Notes under the pieces: model-generated
Seen by the model: only the letters and a program-made list of their open reading frames with translations
What the model was told of the DNA's origin: nothing
Database searches by the model: none
Translations under genes and position numbers: made by a program
Assembly (NCBI RefSeq): GCF_032116555.1
Contig: NZ_CP134949.1
Location: 496,001 to 560,000 of the forward strand
Direction of reading: 5' to 3'
Source: Halorarum halobium
GTDB lineage: Archaea > Halobacteriota > Halobacteria > Halobacteriales > Haloferacaceae
Length of the DNA stretch: 64,000 nucleotides
In this document: positions 10,122 to 21,978 of the stretch, in pieces
Layout of the letters: each line of letters begins with the position of its first letter
How positions within the stretch are numbered: position 1 is the stretch's first letter

Positions 10122-10270
10122 TGCCCGTGAGTTCCCGAGTTCGGAGGGTAAGGGTTTCGGTCCCTACAACGCCGTTTACTGGCCGGTCAGTTCGTCGGGT
10201 GGGATCTCGGTCGGTTCGTGGTTCGGGCAGCGTCCCGGTCCGTGGCTCGGACGGGAGGGCCGACGAATGG

Positions 10271-10451
10271 ACCACTGCTGCTGGCGGTGAGTACGGGCCA
10301 CAGCCTCCCGTCCCTCGGAGCGAACGTTTCGGAACTCGCTCTCGCTCCGCTCACGTGAACAGCCGCTTGCGGCCCTCGCGGGGCTCGCGAGCTCGCTGTA
10401 CATCTCACCTCTCGCGCGCGAGCCCCGCGAGGGGCGAGCGTCACGCGCGCC
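10271..10451 (-). repeat. Modular intergenic repeat, copy R3 (diverged)
   Basis: Starts ACCACTGCTGCTGGCGGTGA (cf. 31168); middle resembles 33825-33876; ends GTCACGCGCGCC (cf. 46413). Confidence 0.7.
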
Positions 10452-10570
10452 ACCGCGCCGGAAACGGCTCATCGGACCCGTTCGGACCGATATATAAATA
10501 CTCGCGTGTTATTCGGTGCCATACGTCGGAATCGTGGTGTGTGAGTGGGGTTGTCAGCCCCAGGCCGATG

Positions 10571-10582
10571 CTTTTATATAGA
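10571..10582 (+). promoter_or_regulatory. TATA box of thermosome gene
   Basis: TTTTATATA about 30 nt upstream of ATG 10606, consistent with a leaderless or short-leader transcript. Confidence 0.7.
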
Positions 10583-10605
10583 ACTGAGAACAATCAACGC
10601 TCGTC

Positions 10606-12291
<1,686 letters not shown>

Positions 12292-12455
12292 GCGCGGCTC
12301 AGGCCAACACCCATCCACCCGCGGCCGACCCTCGCACCGCTTCCCGAACACGTTCCGACTTCCTTCGCGCGCACCGTTCACCTCCCCGGAGCGCCGCCGC
12401 TCGCGGTGCTCCTGTCGGCGGGCCGACGTAATCGCGTGCCCGAACGCCCGCCGGC

Positions 12456-12908
12456 TCAGGCGACCGAGTCGGCGTGCGTCTCGATGTTCGTCCAGACCGC
12501 CCGCATGCGCTCGCCGGTCAACTCGATGAGCGCCTCGACCTCGGCGTCACAGTCCCCGGGCGCACAGCCCAGGTCCCGAATCGCCTTGGTGGCCGAGAAG
12601 TGGTGGACGTGGACCAGGTCGTCGTCGGCCCGCTCGTAGACGACGGTCGTACAGGGTAGCATGCCGCCGAGCGACGGGTCGATGGCGAGCGCGTCGCGGG
12701 CGATCTCCGGGTGACAGACGACGAGCAGCGCCGTGCGCTCGACGTCCTCGCCGAGCATGCCGGCGATCATCTCGTCGAGTCGGGTCACTTTCACCGTCTC
12801 GAAGTCCGCGAGCTCGTGTTCCAGCTGGACGAACGGGACGACGTCCTCGAACGGGGCCTCCAGCGTGAGGTGCATCGCCTCCTCGGCAGTGGGGGACCGC
12901 TGGCTCAT
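12456..12908 (-). CDS. DUF302-family protein
   Basis: LVVCHPEIARDALAIDPSLGGMLPCTTVVYE motif. Confidence 0.8.
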   Translation of the reverse strand: MSQRSPTAEEAMHLTLEAPFEDVVPFVQLEHELADFETVKVTRLDEMIAGMLGEDVERTALLVVCHPEIARDALAIDPSLGGMLPCTTVVYERADDDLVHVHHFSATKAIRDLGCAPGDCDAEVEALIELTGERMRAVWTNIETHADSVA

Positions 12909-13080
12909 ACGTTCGGCTGTGAGCGGTGGTCGCATAAGCGTGTTCCCCCGTCCGATTCGCGGGACGCGTGGTGCCGCCGTCCGTCTGATTTCGCCGTCCG
13001 TGCCGCCCCGCCATGGACGACTCAGCGGCGTTCGTTCCCGCGCCAGACCGCCCCGCCGCCGACGTCGGCGAGCGGGCGTC

Positions 13081-14778
13081 TCACCGATCCCGGTCGCCGT
13101 CCGGCGGGTCCGCCCGCGGCAGGTCGATGGCGATGACGCTCCCGTCCCCACCGTCGGTGTCCACCGAGAGCTCGCCGTCCGACGCCTCGACGACCCACTG
13201 GACGAGCCACAGCCCCAGCCCGCTGCCGTGTTCCAGGGACGTCTCCCGCTCGCGCTCGATCACGGCGACCTCGGCGGCCGGGATGCCCGGGCCGTCGTCG
13301 GCGACGGTGATCCGAACCGTCTCCGCGCGCGGCTCGACGGTCAGCCGGACCGACGCGTCGGCCGCGGGGTTGTGCGTGATCGCGTTCTCCCCGACGCTCT
13401 CTACCGCCACCGAGAGCTGGTCGTACCCGACGGCGGTCGCCCACGCGGCGTCCGGCGCGTCGACGTGAACCGACGCCTCAGGGTGGGTTTCCCCGAGGCT
13501 GTCCGCCGTCTCCCTCACGATCGCCGCGACGTTCACGACCTCGTCCCCGGTCCGCTCGGAGCCGATGGTCCGCTGGACGTGGCGGGCCTTCTCGCTGATC
13601 TGGAGGATGCGGTCGGCGGCCCTGTCGATCGTCTCGACGTGTTCGCGCCGGTCGCCGTCGAGTTCGCCAAGCAGTAGCTCGCTGTGGCCGGCCACGACCG
13701 TGAGTTCGTTGCGGATGTTGTGCCGGAGCACCCGGTTCACGACCGAGAGCCGCTGTTCGTGATCCCGGAGGATCTGGAGCGTGGTGACGTCACGCAACAG
13801 GACGAGGCGGCCCACCAGCTCGTCCCGGAAGTCCGTGAGCGGCGTCTCGGACACCTCGTAGGTCGTCGACCGGCCGTCGCCATCGAGGGACACGACGTCG
13901 CGGTCGATGTCGTCGGACCGGCCGATCACGGTGTCGGCGACTGGTCGCCCCTCGACGTCCTCGCCGAGCGCGCGCCGGGCCGCCGGGTTGGCGTCGACGA
14001 TCCGGTCGGCGGCGTCGAGGACGAGGATGCCGTCGGTCATGTCCTCGATGAGCGTCTCGCGGGCGACCGGCGAGAGCCCGAGCATCCGGAAGCGGAACAG
14101 CGCGAGCGCGAAGCAGACGCCCGAAACCGCGAACGCGAACGGCGTCAGGTCGAGGTTCGTGATGGGGTTCAGCCCCGGGACGACGTGAAACAGGGTGTTC
14201 ACCCCGATGGCCACGGTCGCGCCCAGGAGGATGAGGACGCTCTGCCGGCGGTACAGCCGGCTCGCGCGGACGATCACGCCGACGAACAGGGCGGTCCCGA
14301 CGAGAAACAGGAGGTACGAGTAGGCGACGTTCGCCCAGTAGGCGGGCCCGAAGACGAGTTCCGGCGTCGTGATCGGCCCGGTCGCGTCCAGCGACGCGCT
14401 CTGCCAGATGAGCCCGTGGGATCCGTTCGTCCACACCAGCAGCAGGACGACCGCCGGTTCGACGGCCAGCAGGCCGACGCGCCGCCGGGTGAGCCACTCC
14501 TCGTAGCCGGCGTACTCGACGGCCAGCAGCAGCCAGGCGGTCGGGGCGACCACCGAGCCGATCCACGCCACGCGGTCCCAGAACAGCATCGGTTCGAGCG
14601 CCGTGTAGCCCAGTTCGATCCCGTAGCCGAACGACCAGACCGAGAGGCCCATCAGGAAGACGGCGAAGGGGACGGCGGCGCGGTTCTCGCGTCGTCGCCA
14701 GGCGTACACGGCGAGCGCCAGCGTGACGACCCCGGCCGCGAACGTCGGCAGGAGGTACGGGGAGAACCGCCAGGCCAT
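13081..14778 (-). CDS. Membrane sensor histidine kinase (HisKA_7TM, PAS, HATPase)
   Basis: Multi-TM N-terminus with DLTPFAF; MTDGILVLD...ANPAA PAS; RVLRHNIRN H-box; DDGPGIP, HGSGLGLWLV. Confidence 0.9.
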   Translation of the reverse strand: MAWRFSPYLLPTFAAGVVTLALAVYAWRRRENRAAVPFAVFLMGLSVWSFGYGIELGYTALEPMLFWDRVAWIGSVVAPTAWLLLAVEYAGYEEWLTRRRVGLLAVEPAVVLLLVWTNGSHGLIWQSASLDATGPITTPELVFGPAYWANVAYSYLLFLVGTALFVGVIVRASRLYRRQSVLILLGATVAIGVNTLFHVVPGLNPITNLDLTPFAFAVSGVCFALALFRFRMLGLSPVARETLIEDMTDGILVLDAADRIVDANPAARRALGEDVEGRPVADTVIGRSDDIDRDVVSLDGDGRSTTYEVSETPLTDFRDELVGRLVLLRDVTTLQILRDHEQRLSVVNRVLRHNIRNELTVVAGHSELLLGELDGDRREHVETIDRAADRILQISEKARHVQRTIGSERTGDEVVNVAAIVRETADSLGETHPEASVHVDAPDAAWATAVGYDQLSVAVESVGENAITHNPAADASVRLTVEPRAETVRITVADDGPGIPAAEVAVIERERETSLEHGSGLGLWLVQWVVEASDGELSVDTDGGDGSVIAIDLPRADPPDGDRDR

Positions 14779-15172
14779 TTTCGAGTATGGGCCCGTGTGG
14801 CGGCATAAATGTGTGTCTCAGTTTGCGCGTCGTTGATACTCGGGCGGTCACCGATGGGGGTTTCTGTGGTGTGGTAAACTTGCCCCGGTCTCGGTGCCGT
14901 TGGATACACCGGATGCGTTCCCGTCCGTCGGGAGTGGCGGCGACCCGGTTTGGCTTGAGGGATGGCGCGAGGGACCAAGGTGGCGGTTAGATCGGGGCGG
15001 ATTGACCTTGCGATTCTATGCACGATTCGGCGGGGCGCTGCTCGTCGAGATACATGGATCGCGTTCGGCGTATCATCCGTGCATGTTCCCGACGTTCCGA
15101 CCTCTGAACCCCCATTCGCGGGGTTCCTCGGCGGCCGAACGCTTATGCGGCCCCGACGACTCGTTTTCGAAC

Positions 15173-15436
15173 ATGGCGAGCGCGACGCGCAACGGAGATG
15201 ACCCGGACGGTGGTGTCGAGTTCATCCGAGAGGACGACGGGAGTATCACCGCGCGGGACCTCGAAACCGGCCTCGCACGCGGCGGCGACTCGCGGGCCGA
15301 GGCGCTCGCACAGTTGGCCGAAATCCTCGCACTCGAAGCGGGCGAGGGCGAACCAGTGACTGACGACGATATCCGGGAGATGGGGTTCGACCCGGACGCT
15401 GGCGACGACGAGGAACTGCCCGAGTTCATGCGGTAG
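15173..15436 (+). CDS. hicB: HicB-family antitoxin
   Basis: EDDGSITARDLETGLARGGDSRAEALAQLAE fold signature; abuts hicA. Confidence 0.8.
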   Translation: MASATRNGDDPDGGVEFIREDDGSITARDLETGLARGGDSRAEALAQLAEILALEAGEGEPVTDDDIREMGFDPDAGDDEELPEFMR

Positions 15437-15682
15437 ATGGTCAGGTACACCTTTTCCGGTCGGGAAATCATCTCCGTCCTCCGAAGCTTCGGCTACGTGC
15501 CGAAATCGCGGCGTGGGAGTCACGTTCGCCTTCGGTACGAGAACCCGGACACGGGTGAGATTCGCAACGTCGACGTCCCGATGCACGACGAGATAAAAAT
15601 CGGGACGCTCCGGTCCATCGCAGACCAGTGTGGAGCCGACGACTTCGAGGTCTAGTGTCGGTGGATCGACGAACACGCGTAG
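15437..15682 (+). pseudogene. hicA: HicA-family toxin with premature TAG at 15653-15655 (72 aa instead of about 81)
   Basis: FSGREIISVL...RRGSHVRL...VPMHDEIKIGTLRSI; frame continues CRWIDEHA* after the TAG. Confidence 0.7.
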
Positions 15683-15785
15683 GGTTCTCGGTGGAGTTAA
15701 TCGCGGGAGAACGGCGGACAGCTCGGCGACAGCTCCATCCCGTGCAGTTCGAATTGGGACCACGTTTGGCACCGGAACCGGGCAG

Positions 15786-15920
15786 ACTGCGAGGAACTTG
15801 ACCCACGCCGAGACGGTCACTCCCTTCGGTCGCGCTGCGACTCGTCTCCTTCGAATCCCTCTCGCAATCACGATTCGCCGGACTCGGCTCCTCGCTCCGC
15901 TCGTCGCGGTGAGTCCGGCA
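15786..15920 (-). repeat. tRNA 3'-associated structured repeat, R4
   Basis: Stem 15877-15885/15911-15919, two GNA mini-hairpins, inverted T-arm copy and degenerate direct copy of tRNA 3' end. Confidence 0.7.
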
Positions 15921-15927
15921 GAACTAG

Positions 15928-16000
15928 CGGGCGGCGAGGGATTCGAACCCCCGACCTTTTGGTTCGGAACCAAACGTTCTATCCACTGAACTAGCCGCCC
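15928..16000 (-). tRNA. tRNA-Arg (anticodon CCG), no encoded CCA
   Basis: GGGCGGC/GCCGCCC acceptor stem, TTTGG-TTCCGAA-CCAAA anticodon arm, GGTTCGAATCC T-loop; 73 nt. Confidence 0.97.
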
Positions 16001-16048
16001 TCACCGTCGACTTTCACACCTCGGAGGTTAAGGCTTCGGAAAGCCGCG

Positions 16049-17641
16049 CTACCCACCCGCGGCCGTCTCCCGGCCCTCGATGACCGTCTCCTTCCACGTG
16101 CCACGGGTGAACCACGCCGCCGCGGCGACCGCGCCGATGATCTGCCCGGCGGCCATGCCGATCCAGATGCCCTGCTCGGCGAAGCCGAACTGGAACGAGA
16201 GCAGGTAGACGATCGGCACCCGGCCGAGCCAGAGCGCGACCAGCGAGAACGCCAGCGCCGTCTTCGTGTTCCCGGCGCCGCGGTAGGCGCCGAGGACGAC
16301 CTGGAGCACGCCGATGAACGCGAACTCGACCGCTCGGACGCGGATGTAGTCCGCGCCGTAGCCGATGGTCGCCGCCGCGGCGTCGGTGCCGGTGGCGATG
16401 AACACGCCGACGACGGGTTCGGCGAACAGGTACGCGACGATCGCCACGACGACCATCACCGCCGTCCCGACCTTCGCCGCGAGCCAGACCGCCCGCTCGG
16501 CGCGCCCCGGCTTCTCGGCTCCGAGGTTCTGCCCGACGATGGTGTTCGTCGCGCGACCCAGCCCCAGCGCCGGGAGGAACACCAGCGAGACGAGCCGGTT
16601 GCCCAGCCCGTAGGCCGCCACAACCTCCGGCGCGAACGTCGCGACCATCGCGGTCAGCGCGATCTGTCCCAGCGCGGCCGCCGACTGCTCCAGCGCGGAG
16701 GGGACGCCGATGGAGACGATCTTCCGGATGAACTCGAGCCGCGGCCGGAAGTCCGCCAGCGAGACGGTCGGCCCGGCGTCGGTGCCGAGCAGCACGTAGA
16801 GGCCGACGACCGTGGCGAGCCCGCGGGAGACGACCGTCGCCAGGGCGGCACCCTGCACGCCCGCGCCGGTGTAGTTCGTCGCCGCCAGGAGGCTCGCCTC
16901 CAGCCCGCGGACCCCCAGCATCCCGAACAGCGGGTTCGACTCGAAGCCGAAGATGAGGAACGGGTCGAGCGCGACGTTGACCGCGACCGAGAACGCCATC
17001 ACCAGCATCGGGGCGCGGGTGTTGCCGTAGCCGCGCATCAGCGAGGAGAAGACGAAGAAGCCGAACAGGAACGGCATCCCGAGGAAGAACACCTCCATGT
17101 AGCCGCTGGCGGCGGGGATGACCTGGGTCGCCGTGGCCTCGTTGGCCGGGAGCAGCCCCAGCAGTTCGTCGGCGAGCAGGTACCCGAGAACGCCGACCAC
17201 GACGGCGATGGCCCCGATGAACGAGAGCGTCTGGCCCGCGACCGTCCCGGCCGTCCCCCGGTAGTCGCCCTCGACGGGCGGGGCGTCCAGGTCGGAGTCG
17301 GCCGACGGGTCACCCTCGTCGGCAGCCTCCGCGTCCTCGACGGTCGCCGGGTCCGATTCGTCGCCGTCGGACCGCGAGCTCGCGCCGGTGTACTGGGCGA
17401 CCAGCGTCGCGCCGGCGACGTTGAACCCGCCGCCGACGCTGATGAACAGGAAGATGAGCGGGAACGCGAGGCTCAACGCGGCGACGGCGTCGGTGGAGTA
17501 GCGCCCCAGCCAGAGCGTGTCGGCGAGGTTGTACGCGACCTGGAGGAGCTGCGTGACGACGATGGGCCACGCGAGCGCGAACATCGGGCGTGCGAGGGTC
17601 CCCTCGGTCAGGGACCCGCTTCCGGGGAGTCGACTCGACAC
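16049..17641 (-). CDS. MATE-family efflux transporter
   Basis: LAWPIVVTQLLQVAYNLADTLWLG, RGYGNTRAPM, GQNLGA, RGAGNTKT; about 12 TM. Confidence 0.92.
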   Translation of the reverse strand: MSSRLPGSGSLTEGTLARPMFALAWPIVVTQLLQVAYNLADTLWLGRYSTDAVAALSLAFPLIFLFISVGGGFNVAGATLVAQYTGASSRSDGDESDPATVEDAEAADEGDPSADSDLDAPPVEGDYRGTAGTVAGQTLSFIGAIAVVVGVLGYLLADELLGLLPANEATATQVIPAASGYMEVFFLGMPFLFGFFVFSSLMRGYGNTRAPMLVMAFSVAVNVALDPFLIFGFESNPLFGMLGVRGLEASLLAATNYTGAGVQGAALATVVSRGLATVVGLYVLLGTDAGPTVSLADFRPRLEFIRKIVSIGVPSALEQSAAALGQIALTAMVATFAPEVVAAYGLGNRLVSLVFLPALGLGRATNTIVGQNLGAEKPGRAERAVWLAAKVGTAVMVVVAIVAYLFAEPVVGVFIATGTDAAAATIGYGADYIRVRAVEFAFIGVLQVVLGAYRGAGNTKTALAFSLVALWLGRVPIVYLLSFQFGFAEQGIWIGMAAGQIIGAVAAAAWFTRGTWKETVIEGRETAAGG

Positions 17642-17768
17642 TTTCGGTTCGTAGTATCCGCTCTCGGCGGGGGGTGTTGAACGATTCGGAACGGTTCCTG
17701 GATGGACCGTTCACCGATTTCGCCGCAGGGATCGGCTCGGTAAGCGCGACTGCTACCGTGGTGGCGAT

Positions 17769-18112
17769 CGCGGAAGCCCCCGCGTTTCTCGGCTCGCGCG
17801 CCACGCGCTGGGCTCCTCGCGCTCGCTCCGCTCGCGCTGTGGTGCTTACGGTGTCGTGCTTCCCCGAGAAACGCGGCCCCTTCCATTTCCGCCCGTCGGT
17901 AATTCGGTCGAGCGACGCTCCGCTGGCTGACCGATGTGTGCCGTCGGTCGGTCAGCCGGCATCGGCGCGCGGCGGCCGCGCTCCGCGCGGCCGCTCGTGC
18001 GAGGCTCAAGCGAGCGCAGCGAGGGTGAGTTCCGAGGAGCGTGCTCCGAGGTAAAGACGAGGTCCCGACCGAAGGGAGGGGCATCGCCGGTTGGGGAGGG
18101 CGAGGCTGCGGT
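17769..18112. repeat. Modular intergenic repeat, copy R5 (two modules in opposite orientation)
   Basis: CGGAAGCCCCCGCG end; perfect stem 17780-17792/17864-17876; variant core at 17874-17894; GNA hairpins at 17822, 18011, 18066. Confidence 0.85.
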
Positions 18113-18236
18113 CGGGTAGGGCTTCGTGGATGGTCGCAGTCGCGACCCGGCTTCACTACCGATCTAGTCATCGCGGCTCGACCGCTACTGCGCGTTGTTG
18201 TGGACGAACACCGTCACTCGAAACTCTTCCTGAAAA

Positions 18237-18818
18237 TCAGGGCGCTTCGCCCGTCTCGATCGTGAAGTCCGCGCGCGGGTAGGCGACGCACGTCAGCGTG
18301 TAGCCGTCGTCGAGTTCGGTCTCGTCCAGCATCTGCTGGTTGTCGTGGACGACGTAGTCCTCGGCGTTGCCGCCGTCGGTGATCTGTCCGGCACAGGAGA
18401 CGCACTGGCCCTCCCGGCAGGCGTACGGGAGGTCCCAGCCCTCCTCCTCGCCCTGGTCGAGCACCGTCTCGTTGTTGGCGAGTTCGACCGTCGCACCCTC
18501 CTTGACGAACTCGACCTCGAAGTACTCCACCTCGTCCTCGGGGATGTCCGCCGGGCTGGACGACTCCTCGGCGGCCTCGTCGCCCTCCTCCAGTTCGCCC
18601 TCCTCGCCGGCCGGCACCGCGCCGGCGACGCCGCCGCCGCCGATGGCCCGATTTCCGGGCTCGGGGAAGTCCGTCTCCGGGACGGTGGAGGCGCGCTGCT
18701 CGAGCACCTCCTCGGAGATGTCCGCGGTCGGCTCCCAACCCGTCCCGCGGGCGAAGTGCAGGGCGACGAAGACTAGGACGAGGCCCGCGCCGAACCCGAT
18801 TGCAACGGGGTCAACCAT
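18237..18818 (-). CDS. 2Fe-2S ferredoxin with N-terminal membrane anchor
   Basis: LPYACREGQCVSC and LTCVAYP; hydrophobic N-terminal helix and acidic linker. Confidence 0.9.
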   Translation of the reverse strand: MVDPVAIGFGAGLVLVFVALHFARGTGWEPTADISEEVLEQRASTVPETDFPEPGNRAIGGGGVAGAVPAGEEGELEEGDEAAEESSSPADIPEDEVEYFEVEFVKEGATVELANNETVLDQGEEEGWDLPYACREGQCVSCAGQITDGGNAEDYVVHDNQQMLDETELDDGYTLTCVAYPRADFTIETGEAP

Positions 18819-18890
18819 GGGCGCTGGTTGGGAGTGGGGGGTAACAAGGATTGTGATTGTCCACCGGTCGGGACGGCGGGACGGCTCGGA

Positions 18891-19475
18891 CTACGTCGCG
18901 GCCCCGGACCCGTTCGCCCAGACCTGCCGGGGCTCGCCGTCGCCCGGGCGGAACCGACTGCACCCCGTTTCGAGCGGGCTGGTAACGCTCCCGGAACAGC
19001 CGGCGTACTCGCCGTTCTCCAGCCAGAGAACCCGCGTCCCGTGCGCGTCCGGCACCAGCCCCTCCGGGCTTCCACCACCGGGGGTGATCGTGACCCGGTA
19101 CAGCACGCCGGTCTCGCAGGTCGCGTTCGCCGGCCCCTCGTGGTGGGAGTCGACGCGGACGCGGAACGTGCTGAGGTCCGCGCCCGGCGGCGACGTTCGC
19201 ACGACGCGGGCCGAGAGGTTCGCGTCGACGCTCCCGGTTCGGACGAACGCGGTCTTCGTGTAGTTGCCCGCGTCGTAGGCGCTCCCTGCGCGAGTCGCCA
19301 CCTGCTCGGCACAGCCGGCTTCGAGGCGGTCGAACGACGTGACGCGCATCTCCGACGGGCCGGTGTGATCGGAAAAGCCCGGCAGGGCGTTCACCGACGG
19401 GCCGAGGAGGAGACCGATCGCGAGTCCGGCGAGGGCGGCGACGGCGACCCGTCGCCACGACGGGCTGGGGACCAT
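18891..19475 (-). CDS. Hypothetical secreted or membrane-anchored protein
   Basis: RR plus hydrophobic N-terminus; four Cys. Confidence 0.6.
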   Translation of the reverse strand: MVPSPSWRRVAVAALAGLAIGLLLGPSVNALPGFSDHTGPSEMRVTSFDRLEAGCAEQVATRAGSAYDAGNYTKTAFVRTGSVDANLSARVVRTSPPGADLSTFRVRVDSHHEGPANATCETGVLYRVTITPGGGSPEGLVPDAHGTRVLWLENGEYAGCSGSVTSPLETGCSRFRPGDGEPRQVWANGSGAAT

Positions 19476-19591
19476 GTCGACCCGTTCCGCCGCCCGCCGG
19501 AAAGTCGTGGTGTTCCGCTCGTCCCGGGTGCGCGTGGGCGGCTCCGCGTCGCGCCGGAACGCGAAACCGGGACGCTCCGCGGTGTCGAGGA

Positions 19592-20506
19592 CTACTCGCC
19601 GTCGCGCCGCGGCACCTCGTGCCGACCGAAGCCGTACCGGAGCCGGTTCGACAGCCGTCGCGAGAACCGGCCGTCGTCGGCCCGCGACCCGAACCGTTCG
19701 GAGAGCGCCTGGTAGATGAGCGGCAGCGGCACCTCCTGTTCGAGCGCCTCCTGCACCGTCCAGGTCCCGGTGGAGCCGCCCTCCACGCGGTCGGCCACGT
19801 CGCCGAGGTCGCTCCCCTCCTCGCGGAACGCCTCCTCGCAGAGCTCGAGCAGCCACGATCGGATGACCGCGCCGTTGTTCCACGTCCGCGCGACCGCCTC
19901 GAGGTCGAGGTCGTACCGGCCCTCGTGGAGCAGTTCGAACCCCTCGCCGTAGGCTGCCATCAGCGCGTACTCGACGCCGTTGTGGACCATCTTCACGTAG
20001 TGGCCCGCCCCCGACCCGCCCATCCGGTCGTGACCTGCCGGGCCGGTGGCGACGGCGTCGAACACCGGCGCCAGTTCATCGTAGGCCCACTCGGGGCCGC
20101 CGACCATCAGCGAGAACCCCGCCTCGGCGCTCGCCGGGCCGCCGGAGGTGCCACAGTCGAGGTACGCGGCGTCGGTCGACTCCGCCCGGCGCGTCGAGTC
20201 CCGGAAGTGGGAGTTGCCGCCGTCGACGACGACGTCCGCCGCGTCGAGATGCGGGTCGAGTTCATCGAGGGTCGCGTCCACCGCGTCGCCCGCGGGGACC
20301 ATGAGCCAGATTCGCTTCCCGTCCCCGCCAGTGGCGAGCCGCTCCGCGAGGTCCGCGACCGAGTCGGCGGGGGTCGCGCCCGCCTCCGCCGCCGCGGCGG
20401 TCGCCTCCGCGTCGAGGTCGAACGCGACCACGTCGTGGCCGGCCGCGAGGCTCCGGTCCACCACGATCCGCCCCATCCGTCCGAGGCCGATGACGCCCAG
20501 TTCCAT
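19592..20506 (-). CDS. gnd: 6-phosphogluconate dehydrogenase (decarboxylating, short type)
   Basis: GLGRMG, VDGGNS, GHYVKMVHNGVEYALM, LRYGFGRH. Confidence 0.93.
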   Translation of the reverse strand: MELGVIGLGRMGRIVVDRSLAAGHDVVAFDLDAEATAAAAEAGATPADSVADLAERLATGGDGKRIWLMVPAGDAVDATLDELDPHLDAADVVVDGGNSHFRDSTRRAESTDAAYLDCGTSGGPASAEAGFSLMVGGPEWAYDELAPVFDAVATGPAGHDRMGGSGAGHYVKMVHNGVEYALMAAYGEGFELLHEGRYDLDLEAVARTWNNGAVIRSWLLELCEEAFREEGSDLGDVADRVEGGSTGTWTVQEALEQEVPLPLIYQALSERFGSRADDGRFSRRLSNRLRYGFGRHEVPRRDGE

Positions 20507-20634
20507 ACGGTCGCGTCGGCCACGTGGGGGGTAGGCGTTGCGGTTCCCCCGGAGCCGGCCGTCGCGGTTCGGATCCGCCCCCGATTCGAGCGCGAACCGT
20601 CGGGGCTTTGGCCGCCGGAACCGCCAGTGACCGC

Positions 20635-21768
20635 ATGGACGAGCGAGTCAGGGAGCACGCGAAGGTACTGGTCGACTGGAGCGCACGCGTCGAGGCGGGC
20701 GACCGGGTCGTGGTGGACGTCGCGGAGGACGCCCACGACCTCGCGGTCGCCGTCGCTGAGAAGCTCGGCGAGCGCGGCGCGACGCTGTTGACCACCTACG
20801 GGAGCGACGAAGTGTCGCGGGCGTTCCTCCGGGCTCACGACGGCGAGTTCGCCGAGAACGACCCGAAGCTGGCGATGCTCGAGGCCGCCGACGTCTACCT
20901 CCGCCTCGGCGGCGGGCGCAACACGACCGCGACCGCCGACGTCCCGACCGAACGCCGCCGCGCCGCGAAGCAGGCGAACAAGCGCGTCCGCGAAGCCCGG
21001 ATGGACACCGACTGGGTGAGCACGGTCCACCCGACGCGCTCGCTCGCCCAGGGGGCCGGCATGGCCTACGAGGAGTACCAGCAGTTCGTCTACGACGCCG
21101 TCCTGCGCGACTGGGAGTCGCTCGCAGACGAGATGGCGAAGGTGAAGGACGTGCTCGATGAGGGGAGCGAGGTCCGCATCGAGACGGATCGAACGGACCG
21201 AGACGGCGGCCGGGGACCGTCTCGGCGCACCGACCTGACCATGAGCATCGAGAACCGGACGGCCGTCAACTCGGCCACGTCTGTCGCGTACGACTCGCAC
21301 AACCTCCCCTCGGGCGAGGTGTTCACGGCCCCCTATGCGACCGAGGGCGAGGTGTTCTTCGACGTGCCGATGACCATCGACGCGACCCGCGTGGAGGACG
21401 TGTGGCTGGCGTTCGAGGGCGGCGAGGTCGTCGACTTCGACGCCGAACGGGGCGAGGAGGCCATCGCGGGCGTGCTCGACACCGACGAGGGTGCCCGCCG
21501 GCTGGGGGAACTCGGCATCGGGATGAACCGCGGCATCGACCGCTTCACCGACTCCATCCTGTTCGACGAGAAGATGGGCGACACGATTCATCTGGCCGTT
21601 GGTCGGGCCTACGACTCCTGCCTGCCGGAGGGCGAGTCGGGCAACGACTCGGCGGTCCACGTCGACATGATCACCGACGTGAGCGAGGACTCGCGGTTGC
21701 TGGTGGATGGCGAGGTCGTCCAGCGAGACGGGACGTTCCGCTGGGAGGACGGCTTTTCTTCCGCGTAA
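20635..21768 (+). CDS. Aminopeptidase (M29 family)
   Basis: NLPSGEVFTAP, LGELGIG, LFDEKMGDTIHLAVG, SAVHVDM. Confidence 0.92.
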   Translation: MDERVREHAKVLVDWSARVEAGDRVVVDVAEDAHDLAVAVAEKLGERGATLLTTYGSDEVSRAFLRAHDGEFAENDPKLAMLEAADVYLRLGGGRNTTATADVPTERRRAAKQANKRVREARMDTDWVSTVHPTRSLAQGAGMAYEEYQQFVYDAVLRDWESLADEMAKVKDVLDEGSEVRIETDRTDRDGGRGPSRRTDLTMSIENRTAVNSATSVAYDSHNLPSGEVFTAPYATEGEVFFDVPMTIDATRVEDVWLAFEGGEVVDFDAERGEEAIAGVLDTDEGARRLGELGIGMNRGIDRFTDSILFDEKMGDTIHLAVGRAYDSCLPEGESGNDSAVHVDMITDVSEDSRLLVDGEVVQRDGTFRWEDGFSSA

Positions 21769-21978
21769 TCGGGGTTCTGATCGGTTTCTGGTCGGTTCCT
21801 CGTGCGGCCGAGTTCGGGTTCGGGGTCCCGGTCGTGACCTCGGTCCCTCTCCTCGCACTCGGCTTCTCCGGGTTCCCGTCGCCGTGGCGTCGTTCCCGAC
21901 GGCCCTCCCCCCGCTCGATCGGCCGTGCGGTCGAAGCAAGGACATCGCTCCTACCGCGGCGGGTACCCGGAGTCACGC

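Noticed and set aside
14780..15780. Intact integrative element at tRNA-Arg
   Set aside because: No integrase and no clear distal att duplicate; only hicBA and non-coding DNA
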